From NCBI GenBank assembly GCA_036172245.1, contig JAYWIR010000033.1, forward strand, positions 1,860,001 to 1,924,000: a stretch of 64,000 nucleotides of DNA. Reading direction: 5' to 3'. This stretch comes from Raillietiella orientalis. Taxonomy: Eukaryota. Positions 36,201 through 49,469 of this stretch are shown one piece after another. Numbering within the stretch: the first letter of the stretch is position 1; every line of letters begins with the position of its first letter. Position numbers and translations under genes: made by a program. Below the pieces are notes generated by a model. That model ran no database searches. It was not told where the DNA came from and saw only the letters and a program-made list of their open reading frames with translations.

Positions 36201-38759
36201 AGCTCCTGGAAGATTATTCACTTTACTCAACCGAAAGCGGAAGACCATCTTCTCAGAGGTCTGTCCTCAGCGGAACAGGACAGATCCACAGACGAGAAAA
36301 AAGGTCGCTGCCCCACGTTCCACAGCGATCCACGGTTCCTCCTGAAGACTGAAAGCGGATGACTTCGTTAAGGAAAACAGCACTCAGGAAAAAAGAGCAG
36401 CTGCTTCCGTCACAGAACGGAGTGATGTGCCACTTCAGCACGCGTGCTGCTGCTTCCAGGCTCGTTCCCGTGAACGGCGCGCCTGCTTCGTTCCCTGCAT
36501 CTGTTCAGACCAGCATTTGTTTCCCGCTAATTCCTACTCGACCACGGACCACACAGGTGTGTGTATGTGTGCGTGCTGTGCCGGGTAACTTGCGGTTCGA
36601 CAGCCATTGTTCTTTGCCTTTTTCCTGGATCCTTTCCTGCAGATCGCTGCTTTTTCTCTTTGTTCCTCGTTTTCCAAGCTGCTGCGTTTGTGGAGACCCA
36701 TTGCATCCTTATGATGCACAATCGAGCAGGGCACTCCGGACTTGGATCTTTTGAACCATCGAAATCACAACACGGCTCTGTCTGCGCCTATTATGGGATT
36801 CATTTCTGGAGCTGCTACCTATTCACTCTCGTTTCCGTGAACTAGGACATATCATGTATTCCAAGTGTTCATTTGAACAGATCGGCTGGGTCTCTCTACG
36901 GGTCCGCGAAGATCAAAGTTCTCTATCACGGATACCAAAGCGCCCCGGGAGCATCGTAACTCGCTTTCTTAGACCCCATGATTCTGATATGGCAGATGGA
37001 AGCCGTAGGAAAGTATGGAGACTTCCAGACTAAGGAGATTCCTAAGCAGTCATGAAAGGTGGCAGATGTCCGCCAGGACGAGCTTGAAATGGATTTTTCG
37101 CACGATGAGCGCGTACGCACACATGCTGCAAAAAAGAAAAAAAAAGAAGAAAACTTATATGACAAAAACTGGGCTGCATCCGTGGACGCATAGCAACAGC
37201 TAGGTAACCAGGCATCCACGCTTAACCAGGTCTGCATTTTGTTTCTTTTTCATAAATCATGGCTTTGGGTTCTAGCTGCTACCCTATCCGGCGACATAAA
37301 TGTTCGCCTAGGGCGATTACTCCCGCCCCAGTGGTCTAGTTGTCTCTTGTCTGCCAAGTGCTCTACTAGGGTGAGGTGTTTTGCAACCAGCAAAGTCTCT
37401 CAAACCTTATGTTGCGGCGCGGTAGGAAGGCATAGACGCCCCCGAGCACGAAACCGCCGCCTGACAGAGCAGTCACCTTTCCTGGGAAATCTCCGGTCAT
37501 CCGGCCCTAGTGAAGTCGCTCTTCAGTATCCCTAGGAAAGCTTCCATCCAGCTCCCTACTATCCTGGACGCTTCAAAGGAAAGCAAATCAGGTACACACC
37601 ATCGCCTACTCTGCATCGGAGCCATGATGCTTGCTAACCGCAGCCAAGTTCCGACTGGATGGAGAAAAAATCTCAACAGCCTCAAACAGCAACAGCAGCA
37701 GCGTCTGAGATGTGAAACAGGGCAAGAAACGTTCACAGAACCTATGTGTGATGCAGCCTCAGACCACCCGGCTTACACCTTCAGAGTGTAGGGAAACAGT
37801 TCGGCTCCCAGTTGCGGCCTGTGCCACGTAGGGAGATTTTCCTATCCGTCCCTCTTACTTCTCGGAGGTGGCGACGAGGCGCCTATCGATTGTTGCACTC
37901 CTGGGGATCTCTCTTAGCAGTTTTTTTTTTCCTCGACAGAAGATTCCCAGTCGCGCCAGACGCGTGTTTTCCGTGCGGATGTTTCATCAAAATGTCCCCT
38001 TGCTGCCACCGTCTCTGCGAGACAGTTGCAATCAACTGACCAGACAAAAAGTTTTTGTGCTCTGAGCCTCCCCTCCACTTTGTCCACCTGAAATGAGGGT
38101 GAAATGTTTTTTTTGTTTTTTTTTGTTACTGTTATTGTTGTTGCTTTGCTTCACAAAACAAAGAACGGCATCTTGTGCTCGAATTCGTCCTCAGAGAAAC
38201 TCATTTACTCGGGGACTCGATGTTCCAAGGACTGTTCCCGTGCTCTCAATTACTCCGTTCTTGTAAGCATGGAGGGCCTTCCCTATGTTGGGAAACTTTT
38301 CGCAACAGCGAAACTTTTGCCGCGCGCTCGATGATTAATGAACTATTCCTCCTCCGACATTCCGCGGAGATGGTCGAACGAAAGTGATAAACTATCGCTC
38401 ATTGGATGCAATTATATCTCTCGATGGCATGCCGCTGCTGCAGCAAGCTCTTTGTTTTGCACCGTCCGATTCTTGTCGTTCCCCTCCGGCCGGCTCAATC
38501 AATTAATCACGCGGGATCCCGCGAAGGATGCTGTGAAATCACTTCGGAAGCGCTTGCTCGAAAAATCGGAGTCCTGCTGGGAGTGCAGACGTCGCACATC
38601 GGCCTGTTCTCTTGCTGAACGCTCTTGGACTAGGGGGTCCGTTAGGGTCAGAGGGACCTTATCGGCTCCTGCCCACGTGAGCAGGAGGCGATAAGGTTTT
38701 TCAAACGACAGCCGAAAACGAGCCGCAGATTGTAATTCTGTTCCCTGAAATCTATAAAA

Positions 38760-39300
38760 TGAGCCGCTTGAAACCGTCTGGCGTGAAGTCCGGATCCTCC
38801 ACGTGACATCAACGTGAGCGATCACCATGGCTCCCAGCAATGCCATCTAAAAGTGCGCAGTGAGCGGCTTAAAACCTGGTGAGAAGACCGCACGTGCGAA
38901 AGCCTGGGTCTGGTGGGGGTGCTTCCTGAATTTCCTTCCGCCAAAGACATCTCTCGAAACCATTACCTCCTCGGAGCACCCCAGCTCGGAGTGCACCGCC
39001 AGTCCCAGCCTCCCAGCGGATGGCATTCGCAAGAAACCGGCCCGTTCCAAGCCTCGCTACGTTTCTTTGTGGTTGCCAGGTTTTAGGTGCGACGCTTTGA
39101 GCCGTGTATTTTTAGATTGCATTGTTGGGAGCCACGGTGATCGCTCACGCGGACGTCACGCCACAGAGCCGGACTCGAGACAAGCCGAGTTCCACGTCTC
39201 ACTGGGTTTATTTTCAGGCTGCATTGTTGGCAGCCGTGCTGATTGCGCACGCTGACGTCACGCCGCGAAGCCGGACCTGAAGCGGGCCGTTTTAAGTGGA
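38760..39300. mobile_element. MITE/foldback-like structure: one inverted and two tandem copies of a ~80-100-bp unit
   Basis: Unit TTTTAGATTGCATTGTTGGGAGCCACGGTGATCGCTCACGCGGACGTCACG...CCGGACT at ~39110-39176, a diverged tandem copy at ~39210-39278, and its reverse complement (AGTCCGG...CGTGACATCAACGTGAGCGATCACCATGGCTCCCAGCAATGCCATCTAAAA) at ~38787-38880. Confidence 0.6.
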
Positions 39301-42267
39301 TCACCCTTTACCAGTGCACCAGGAGATTGTGCGTCCGCGTAAGTCGGGTGCTTCGACGCGCGACCGCCAGAAGTCCCCTCTCATACGAATGGGTTCCTCG
39401 CAAAGATCCTTTGTGATACAGAAATATTAGAAAGCAGCATCCCTCCCCGTTCACTGGAGAACCTGCACAGACGACAATTTTGTCCTCGTTCGAGGCAGTT
39501 GATCTGGTTTCTTTATAGATCTGAGTTCTGACTCAGCAGTCCCTTACACAGCCATCGAGAGGTTGCATTTGGTTGCTTTTTTCCAAGTATCATACAAAAT
39601 GCACTGATAAAGAGAAGATGGACTTTAGAGTTCCTTCCACAAGTGTTTTCCGAATGCACCAGGCTGCAGCAGGGAGGGACACGCTTGGCAGGCGCATCCC
39701 AGCTTTCTCATATGTCCTCTCCCCAGGATCCATGAGAACGAATCTTCATCTATTCACAATTAACGATTACTTCCTTGCTGGTCTTCTTCCGTCACCTGAG
39801 AGAGCAGTCGTGGTAACCAAAATGGTGTGTTTAAGTAAAAGGACTCAGACTACTATGAGAAGATCTTGCAGTGGCAGAATAGTCAACTGTACCATAAACT
39901 AGGATTGCATTGGCGACTGGAACGTCAATGCCGTCAGGCCTCCAATCTGGTTGAATATGTCCTTCTGCTAGACCTACTACCCCAAGATGTGAGTTGCAAC
40001 CAGATTAACTTGTGTACTTGTATGACATATACATCATTTGTAGAAAAAAAATTTTAAAAGAAATTGAGGATTGTGTGACTGCCATTGGAAGGAGATGCTT
40101 TCAATCTCCATCGCTTCCGTGTGTGACGCTTCGAGAAAGGCTCCAGACTGGAAGGTGAAGGTGGGGTGAAAGGGGACCTCGGGACCGCTGTGGCTACACA
40201 ACTCCCTGTTTCTCCTCCCTCCCGTCCTGATTTGTCACAGGTCCTAGAGTAACATCTTCAGCATCATGAAGTACGTTCATCCCGTTTGTATGAATGGATT
40301 TATCTATTCATTTACTGACCCTCCTTCCACTTCCTCTCTGGTTCTCGTCCCAGTAAAGGGCACATCCTTTCGTTTCTAGCTGGCTCACGTCGTATTGTAC
40401 ATTTTATTTATTTATCCTGAATAAATAAATAAAATTTACACTCTGCAGCGCTCCAGGATGCGAATGCCGCGTTTTGATGGATTCTTTCATCATTGGCACC
40501 ATGGTACGCACCAAAAGCGCCACCATTATTTTGAGACTTTCATCTGCAACCTTTTGAGCAATATGCCTATCTAGGAGTCCAACTACGACGCTCAGCTCAA
40601 CACTGGAGGGTGAGATGTATGACCACAAGTCAGAGATCCCTCCTCCTGTTGCGTGTTCGTCCACATTGCGAGACTTTTCCCCTTGTGGAGAACCATGTGC
40701 TGCTGGAGGATTCATGCAAGTCCCAGTCGAGGTCACTCTGGATAGGTAACTCAGTTCGCAGAACGGCAGTCCCCATTGAACAACATGCCTCGGGCTGCTG
40801 CTTTTGCAGTCCACCAAGAGCGCAGCCGAACCATCCCCTGGATCTCCCTTGTCCCCTTTGACTCCCGATGCCCTCATGATTCTTGCAGAATTCCGACAAG
40901 GAACCGCGACAATATTCGCGGTCCAGAGGGAAAAAAAAAACAGGCGGTAAGCGCTGCGGACGCTGCTCTGTTTGGGGTCCAGCAGGCGAACTACCTGAGG
41001 GAGAGGTTGCAGGAAAAGCACCATGCGCATGCTCGGGAAAGGCTCACAAGGACAGATGCCGCGACGTCAGTGTGCGCTTCGCCTAGATCCTGCGGTGGAC
41101 GATATTTGCGACCTCGTCTTGAACCACTCTCCGGAGATCAAGGAGATGCATTGCTCCCTCTCAGACTGACTTCCCCTGGCCACTTTCTCCCTGGAAACTC
41201 TCTCTCCTTCGCTCCCGGGCTTCTGATCCGCTAACACTTTCTTCCGGGGAGCCGGGTTCAGCTGTGGCGATGGAGTTGCTCTTGCGTGTCCGCTAAGGAC
41301 AAGCGGCAGAAATTTCCAGCAGCGCACGCGGAGCCAAGTGGGACTCTGCCTTCAAAATTGCAGGAGACGGACCTCTCATTGGACCACCATAAGAAGTCTC
41401 GGAATCCTGACCTCACACTCCCTCAGTTTCCCTAGAAAGTGCTATAACAAATGTCGTCGCTCCCGCAGCTTCGATGCCACCTGCGTGCGCCGTGAGCAGC
41501 TCCTGTCTTCTTCCCTTGCTCCTGTGGGCTTGATGTCTTCCTGATGTCCTCACCCTTTATTCCAGCTTCGGCACGCCCACCTGGTTTTCTCCCTTCCGGG
41601 GACTCCATGACTCACTCCCTCTCGAGGCACCAGCAGACGCGCAGACGGCACGCGACTCGACACCCGAGTGGGCGTGGCGAGAAGGCCCTTTTGCCACCAA
41701 TGGCAGTTCGTGCCTCCTTCAGTGAAGGATGGGCAAGAAACGGGACCTCCAGGAAGCAGATTAGAGGAAGTCGGGAGGGGTGCAGCGTGGAAGATTCCCC
41801 TCAGAGTCCCCTCAAGGTGCCCCCAAAGACGGAAGTTCTTTTGGCGGCTAGTGAGCGTAGGAGGTGTGAGGCGAATGGACGAGGTGAACCGCTTACCGGA
41901 GGCTTCAGAGATTCGAGGAGAGGAAACTTGTAGAGACCAGGAGAAAGAAAGGGGAACTCTCGACGGTCCGCGCTCAGGGGAGTTGCAGAGGCCCCGAGCG
42001 TCTCAGCGATGGCTCCTGGTCAGCCAAGCAGACGCTCCTCCGAGATTTCTGACGTCAAATGCACAGATGCACTTTATGCTCCTCAGCAAGGTCGAATTCA
42101 GGTGTGGCTCTACCCAATGGACATTTCTGCAAAGGTCACTGGAAACCAGCGGGTCTCTCAGATCAAGGGTCACGGCAGGCTCCTTCCGAATTCTCAGACG
42201 TCACGAAGGACCCCTTGGTCTTCAGGCAGTAGCAATGTGGGCCCTGTTCGCGCACTCTGGATCCTAA

Positions 42268-42819
42268 GGATTTCTCCGGGGACTTAGGATCGACTGAACC
42301 ATGCTCAAAGGCTGTTCGCACGGAACCCTTCTCCACATCAGACCTCCAGGATCTCACTGGAGCATTTGCTACTACCACCAAGATCTGCGCCGACGGCGGC
42401 TCCAGGCGAGCTCGCGCCCAAACCCTTCTGCGCGCACCGTCGCGACCCTCCTACTCGCCCGAACCTGAGGAACGTGCCGTCCTCCGGAACGCGCCCGGAA
42501 GGCAGGAACGGCTCTGTCCCGGCGGTTGGGTATAGGCTCGACGCTTGAACGCCATCCATTTTCAGGGCTAGTTGCTTCGGCAGGTGAGTCGTTACAGACT
42601 CCTTAGCGGATTCCGACTTCCATGGCCACCGTCCTGCTGTCCATAGAAACCAACACCTTTCATGGGATCTGATGAGCGTCTCATCGGGCGCCGTAACCGA
42701 ACGTTTGGTTCATCCCACAGCTCCAGTTCTGCTTACCAAAATTGGCCCACTGGGCGCTCATGGATTCTACAGGCCGAGCTTCAGCTTTCAAGCAAGCCAA
42801 ACTTCTCACTCATTTAAAG
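42268..42819 (-). rRNA. 28S rRNA: Isolated ~550-bp 28S (LSU) rRNA fragment; dispersed rDNA pseudogene
   Basis: Reverse complements of conserved LSU blocks: CTTAGGATCGACTGA, TTTGCTACTACCACCAAGATCTG, CGCCATCCATTTTCAGGGCTAGTTG, CTCCTTAGCGGATTCCGACTTCCATGGCCACCGTCCTGCTGT, GGTTCATCCCACAGC-CCAGTTCTGCTTACCAAAA-TGGCCCACT, CATTTAAAG. Both flanks are non-rDNA. Confidence 0.93.
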
Positions 42820-44045
42820 GAGGAGGAGAAATCAAGGAAAATGGAAGGTGTGAACAAGGGTGGATGTTTGAAAAGCTTTGCAGGTGTACTGAAACTGGAA
42901 GCATCCATGGAGAAGAAGGTCTCTCTTCATCCCTGCTGGGTTCTTCTCCTCGTAAGCTCCCAGTGGTTGCTCCACTGTTCTCCCTTCGTCAACTCCCTCA
43001 AGGAAGCAAGGAAATGGCCAAAAGCAACGGCCGAGCAAAAAAGAATTTTCTTCCTCCGTCCTTTCCCCCGTCTTATGCCTCTTCAGATCATTCGACGTGC
43101 GCACTGGAAAAGAGGATGAAGAGAAGCACTCTGGGAGCTTTTTCCGCAAATCAAGATTTCTGGTTGCATGTCTCTAATCTCTCCCTTTTTAAGTGGAAAG
43201 CTAGAAGAGACAATCTTCTCAGAAACACCGGCTTTCTATGTAGTTGTTGCATTTTTTCTTTTTCATGCCATCCGTTCTTCACGCTTCTTCTTTTGCAACT
43301 TCTTCTCCTGACACTTTTTCTTCTACCGCTTCTTTTGTCTCACGTTTCACCCCTGTACTTCTCCCCGCTCCTTCCCTCAGCTCTTCCTCCTTTGGAGACA
43401 GCGACCCACAAGGCTCCGCGTGCCCTGCCTGCTTGCTCTTAGCGGGCAAGCAGGAGCAGCTCCATCGTCACAGCAGAGCCCGGTTCCCTGGAAGAGAGCC
43501 TTCTCGGATGAGAAGCCCTGGAGCGAAGCAGAGGACGTTTTCGCGCATTAGTGCAGAGTGAGACCATCCCTTCCTCTGATCTCTTTTCTGGAAATGCATC
43601 CGTGTGCTATGCGCGTTCTCGTTCGATTGTCTCGGGACGTTTGTCTCCGGGAGCAACAAACACACAAAGGTGGCGCGACAAGGGTTGCATCCTGTGAATG
43701 GGGGGAGGAGGGGGCGGGGAGGACAAATACAAAAACACATTTCCTGTAAATAGATGAAGTTCTGGTGACGCGAAGAGAGGGTCACTGCGTGCCCGGTGTA
43801 CCTCTGGTGCACGTTCGAACTTCGGTGCAACTTGGCTTGCGGGTTTACCCGTTCGTATGCAAATGCAGCTCTGATTGGTCCTTTCACGAGTTTGCATTTC
43901 GATACGATTCTGATTGGCCGGTTTGAATTCCTCAGCAAACCGCAGGTGAGGAGTGATAGGATCTACCCCGCACCCGCTACTGGATTTCGGTGGTGAGACT
44001 TCGTTTTAGGCGGATGCGCCTAACCGGAAACACATTGGGTCCTCT

Positions 44046-44372
44046 GTGGAGCGCCCAGAGGTCTGCGTCCTGAACGAGCTGATCTCGTTCGCACAAGCAG
44101 CAATCCCGATCCACTGTCTTGGAACCCCCGCTACGGCGCTCCAGCGGCTGGAAGCGGGACGGACGACAAACACGACGACGGGACCCCCCACCTTCCAGGA
44201 GGTCCAGAGGAAGCCAGCTGAGGGAGTGACGGACACTCAAAGGCGGTGGCCTCTCCGTGACGAAGAAGCCGGTCAGGAGAAAGGTACGATGCAGGAGAAC
44301 GAGAAGGCGCAGTGCCCACTGAAGTACCCAGCAGCAGGAGGAAGAAGAATATGTGACCAGATGATAAAATAA
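44046..44372 (+). mobile_element. Decayed MADF/Myb-SANT-like ORF, probably ORF1 of a PIF/Harbinger element
   Basis: NELISFAQAAIPIHC(L)WNPRY (frameshift) ... FQEVQRKPAEGVTDTQRRWPLRDEEAGQEK ... ICDQM resembles MADF LI..V...P.LWD...Y...W.EV...L....RRW.NLRD.F.RE...Y.D.M. Preceded by twin CTGATTGG motifs (~43870, ~43910). Confidence 0.42.
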
Positions 44373-44441
44373 AACTTGGTCCGGCAAGAAGACAAAGGAA
44401 GGATTTTGCCTCGCCCACATGGCATCAGTGGCTCTTGCATA

Positions 44442-44996
44442 GCGCCACTTCCTGTGTGCACCGGGGGATCACCTGCTCTCCCCTGGCTGCCGGTCAACAC
44501 ACGCTGCTGCTCGGTTCAGTCTGCAGCATACGGGAGAGGCGCTCGCAGGGAGCATTGCCGATCGGATGCGCAGTGATGTGCGTCCCGGAGCACTGCGCGC
44601 GGAGACGCCAAACTCGGTTGCCAGGAGAACGCGAACCATCTGGTCAATTTCAGCGGCCATGCGGTGCGCAAGCAGAGCGGAAGCCGGTGGCACAGCCTTC
44701 GAGCCCGACCAATCCCGGGAGACCCACTTCAAACTCCGCCCTGGCTCTCCGGCGCGGGAGCCGAGCACTCGCTCTCGGCGTCGCCGCCTGCCCTCCCCCA
44801 CGTGAGAGGTCGGCGACGCCGTCGCAGGGGACGAAGCCAAGAACGCGCTCCTCTTCGCCGGCAGATTGGACCCGAACGACGGGACTGCCAGGCAAGAGGT
44901 GCACTCGAAGAAGGGGTGTGCGGCAATATCCTCCGTGGGCGGGGACTTTACTGGGGGACGCGCCTCGGGTCACGGACCACCATGGACGGCTGGCGG
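44442..44996 (+). repeat. 555-bp GC-rich dispersed repeat, copy 1 (young non-autonomous element)
   Basis: Near-identical to 57673-58227 in the same orientation (I count ~6 substitutions and no indels). Confidence 0.95.
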
Positions 44997-45909
44997 TGGG
45001 CCTCTGATGGTAACGTGGAGACTCGTTGAAGGTGAAGGAACGGACGGAATGAGAGTCGATCTTGGAAGGATGCTGGAATCGGCTGCAACGAATTCCTTCC
45101 TCTCGAATCTTGAATTATTTCTCTATCGGATCGGCAACAACCTCCCTTCTTTCCCTCTGATTCACCCCCTTCTCCTCTGCGCATCGCTCTCTTCTCTTCT
45201 GGCTGCCAAGGACTGAGATACGGAGCTCCGAACCCATTAATAGCATAGAGGAAGTAGCTCTAAAGGAAATCAGCTGATTAAGGGAGCGTGGATGCTGCAG
45301 CTAAGTCTCGACGCTGGGAACCAGGACGCGCTGGAGCAAAGGCGATTGATCTTTCGAGCAGAAATGTCGGAAGCAAGGAGTTAACAGTGGGACTCCCTGG
45401 TGCCGTAGGAAGACGCTGATTCATGAACCTCCATTTTAACAAGGCACGGTTTTTTTTGGAGCCGGTTGGGGTCCTTGGAAAACGTCCAGTCAATCAGGAG
45501 GAGCGGAAGAGAGGAAGGGGGAGGAACGGAAAATTATCAAGAGAAAGAGGGCTTTGCCTTCTCCAAAGGGAAACTTGGTTGAACCTCCAAGTAGATGACC
45601 AGCCACAGTTGGTGCTCCGGACCGCGGAATGGGGAGTCGCCATTTTGGGACTGCAGTTACCCTTTCAGAATCAGCAACGCCAGAAAACCGCAGGCGCTCC
45701 TGAAATTTGAGGTGCGATAGCAACCCGCATTTTCATCCATTTACAGCCTCCTCCCTATGAATGCCCCATCCAGCCCACCCTGAGTGAAGCTATGGCTTGG
45801 ATGGTTGCCCTGGAGATATGCGTGGCGAATGCGCACTGAGCGCTGCCTTCCCGATTGCATGTTTCTTGTTTGTCAGTGAACGTTCCAGAGCAACCAATTT
45901 CCAGAGAAA

Positions 45910-46800
45910 TGACTTCTTTTGAGTCTTTAGGTAACTTGATACGAGAGAAGCAGGAAACGATACTCAGAAAGGCTCAAAAACACAGGCTCTAATGTTTCTT
46001 CAGAGTTTTTCAGAAACTTTTTCTCTTTTGGACCGATTTTTTTTTTTTTTTTCTGGCTTGCCGATTCAACCGCGCAGCCTCAGGTGGCTCTGTGGGGACT
46101 TCTCCGATATTCATCCGCACCACAGTGGCGGAAGAGAGGCCCAATCCCACCTCAAGAGCAGAACATCGTGCGGTTGCGTGACTGCAGCCATAGAGCAATG
46201 ATCAACCCTCGAAGGGATGATGACCTGTATACCGACAGAAGGAAAACATGAACAAAACGCCAGCCCCTCAAGGTCGATGAGCCGTGGTGGCAAACTGGCG
46301 CCAAAGTTTTCCAAACATCACGGACCTTCCAGCGGGAGCGAAGCGCAGGAAGAAAATCCTGAAAAGGTGAGGATGCCTCCTTGCGAAACAGTCTCTTTGG
46401 ACGGGGACCATTCGGAAGTACACGTTCCGGCTGCACGCATGCTAAAACAGGAAGAAGGATCAATAGGAACGTTGCATGCCACCGCTTCTGGTTCGATCCT
46501 GCTCTCCACAGAAGAAGGCGGGAGGAGATAATGAGATCTAACATCATCCGTGTACTCGAGAAGGCAAAACTGAGAAGAAACCTTGGAAAAAAATGTTTCC
46601 GGGGTTTCACGGAGACCCCGATCTTCCAAATTTGAAGAGGGAGACAAGAGAATTGGTGACCACTTCGATTCCAGTTACCAAGAAGTACGTCGCGCTGTCT
46701 GGTGGCGATGCGACGAAGGGAGGCATTCTGTTATCAGAAAACTCTCTTCACCTGTTGGATGATGCCAGTGGCGTGGGGCTCAGAGCCCCATTCGAAGCAT
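45910..46800 (+). mobile_element. Decayed PIF/Harbinger (HARBI1-like) DDE transposase remnant
   Basis: LRWLCG...AQSHLKSRTSCGCVTAAI (~46079-46192, like LRF.A.G...SQST.SR.V..V..AI); SLDGDHSEVHVP (~46394, like AIDG.HI.I..P); NRKK (like NRKG); FHGDPDLP (like LGD.GYP); FDSSYQEVRRAV...EGRHSVI (like FN..H...R..VE..FG.LKGRF..L). Confidence 0.55.
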
Positions 46801-49469
46801 CAACCTGTGGCCTATCTGAAACATTCTGAGGTCAATTCGGTCGAGAGCGTATCCGCTGAAAGGTAGCGGTTTGACCTGTTCCAGGAGATCGATGGAAAGT
46901 CTCTCAAAGGCGTCAAATGGCCATTAAAAGAATCACATTAACACGCGGCCACCATGTCGCTCGTTTGCTCGGTGACCACGGATCTTGAAGTCTCTTCCCT
47001 CCGAAAAATTCCTTTTAAGTTTCACGCATTTCAAGCTTTGCGATTGCCGCTACTCGGTTTCTGCGTAATTCCCACCTTTTTTTTTTTTTTTCGCACTCCC
47101 TGAGGAATATGCACCTCTGACTCTCTTCATCGGAGATGAAGAATCCACGCGCGAATGCAGCCGTGCATCGCAGGGGTCTTCGCTTGCTGGCCCCATCGAG
47201 AAACGACTTCATCTTCGGAAATCCGGCTTGCAGCAGCAATAGGCTTGCTGTCCCTCTCAACACGAATCTTCATCGGTTCCGCGAGGCAACGGACACTTGA
47301 CCGCACGCGCGCGCCCTGTACACTCGAACTGTACGCAGCTTGCGCCTAGGAACACCAGTCTGGTGCGGGTTCGCAATAGCACAAATCCCCGAGCACGCTC
47401 TCGCTGGTCATCGACTACCCCGGAATCTCCATGGAGAGTAAACCATGGGGCAGGGATGAGCAGCTCGAGGCCCCTTTAGACAAAGGCACCCTAGCGCCGC
47501 TGGGATCAAGAACATCCACATGGTAGCACGAGAACTGCTTCATCATCGAAACAGGCCTGATATGGAGAACGACAGAAATAAATAGCTCAGAGGAAGACGA
47601 CCACGCTTTTGTGAAGGCGATCCTGTGAACTTCACAGCTTGGGTACGTTAAAGAGAACGGAATTTTCTGGAGAGTATTGTGACTGAGTCCAAAATTTTTC
47701 AAGCAGCGCCGGCGTTCACTGAAAGCAGTGATGCCAAACCAAAAAACGAGACATGCACGCAAACCCACATATATTGCTACGTGGGGCAAAAGGTCCAGAA
47801 AGAAATACGCATACGTACAGATGTATTTGTAGATCGGATTCACGTGATTTCAGTGTGCAAAGATGAGTGACCCAAAGCATCGTGGTAACAGACGGTCTCC
47901 ATTTACTGGCTGGCAACGAGCACTCATCCTATCTCCTCTGGTGCATCCGCTTGGAAGAGTTCGCGCACACACACAGAAAACATTACATTCTAAGAATGCG
48001 TTGTGGCTCTAAATTCTCGCCTGGTGGCACTTTTAAATCCTGCACAGGAATTCCCTACGGGAGCACCGGAAACCTTATTTCATGAAACCTTGAAGAATGG
48101 ACTACAATTTCTAAAAAATAATTAAGGATGACATGAAAGCGCTCGTTCTTATTGGTTGATGAGGATGACGTAAAAGGTGTTAGTCGTCAGCGTCGGCAGC
48201 AACGCCGCCCTCGTCCGACGCGGCGGTGTCTAAAGAAACAGCACCGTCCGGCACTTTTCAGGGTGTGGCGCACACCACCACACCGGTAGTTTCGGCAATC
48301 CAGCGGCAGGGCGGGTCACTTGGTGAAAGTGGGCCCTGAGGTCGACGCACTGACCTCGAAGATGCCGATCTATAAGGATCGCCAGCGTCAAGGACATCTA
48401 CCTGGAGCTGCAAAAGAAGAACGTCGGCTTCGAGCGAATGCAAGCGGTCATTCCGTAAGCTGGTGGGATCCACCATGCGCAAGGATTGCCAGCAGCCAAT
48501 CGACGCACTCGTTGAGCGAGGTGCCACCCTGGACGGGACTTCTGCTGCGTGGAATTCGCTCATCCTCCGCAACGGCAGTGTACACCCATACCACCAGGCA
48601 AGCGGTCTGGGATTCGCTCTCCCTGCACAGGGAAGTTGAACACGTGGGATTCAGCAGCTGGGAAAGCTCCTCTCCTTCGGGGAAGGCATCGGCAAAATCA
48701 AGTTGAACGAGGATGTCAAAAGCCCAGGAGCGGCGGACATGGATGTGCACTCTCAGGAGGCACTAACAAGATACTGGAAGCAGGCTGTGTTTTATGTCGG
48801 TAGCGAGGTGTTTGGACACTGAGTTTTTGCGCTTGCCTTAGGGCACTGTGCCACCGGCATGGCCACTGCAGGCTGCTATGCAAAGAGACGAATGTAAGAA
48901 GCATGCCAGCTGGCTCGAGATGAAGGGAATTTCCTCCACAGCAGAGAAGGGATCCAGCAAAAGGAAGCCGCCATTACAGAGGCGGGATTCTCCGCGGTCC
49001 GCACAGAAGCTCACACAGAAGACCTCTGAGATGCCGGATGAAGGCAAATAAAGGAGCGCGAACAGGTGGAACGAATCAAAGAGGATGTGCGACCGAGCGC
49101 CAGCAGGGAGGGAAGCGTAGCGCCGTCTCTGCGTACTGCAAGAAGATATCCTCCGGTACGTCACCAGCGATGAGCACCACGCCCCGAGCTGAGGAGTCAG
49201 TTGATTGGAGTGAACATCGAAATCAGCCACGCCATCCCACCCGGGAAAGAACCCGAACAGAGTCGAAGACCAAGATCAAATCACGTAGCGTCCTGTCGCA
49301 GATAGAACGCGAATCCAGCTCCAAGTAAGCCTTGTTGGCCTCCTTCCTGCCGGCGCTGGGCCAAGACCCATGGTTAGGACAAGGGTTGGTCTGTTCATCA
49401 CAAGTACCGTGGTCAGGATGACCGAACCAAGACGAGGAAGGAGCCATCGGAATTCCAAAAGGACCGACA

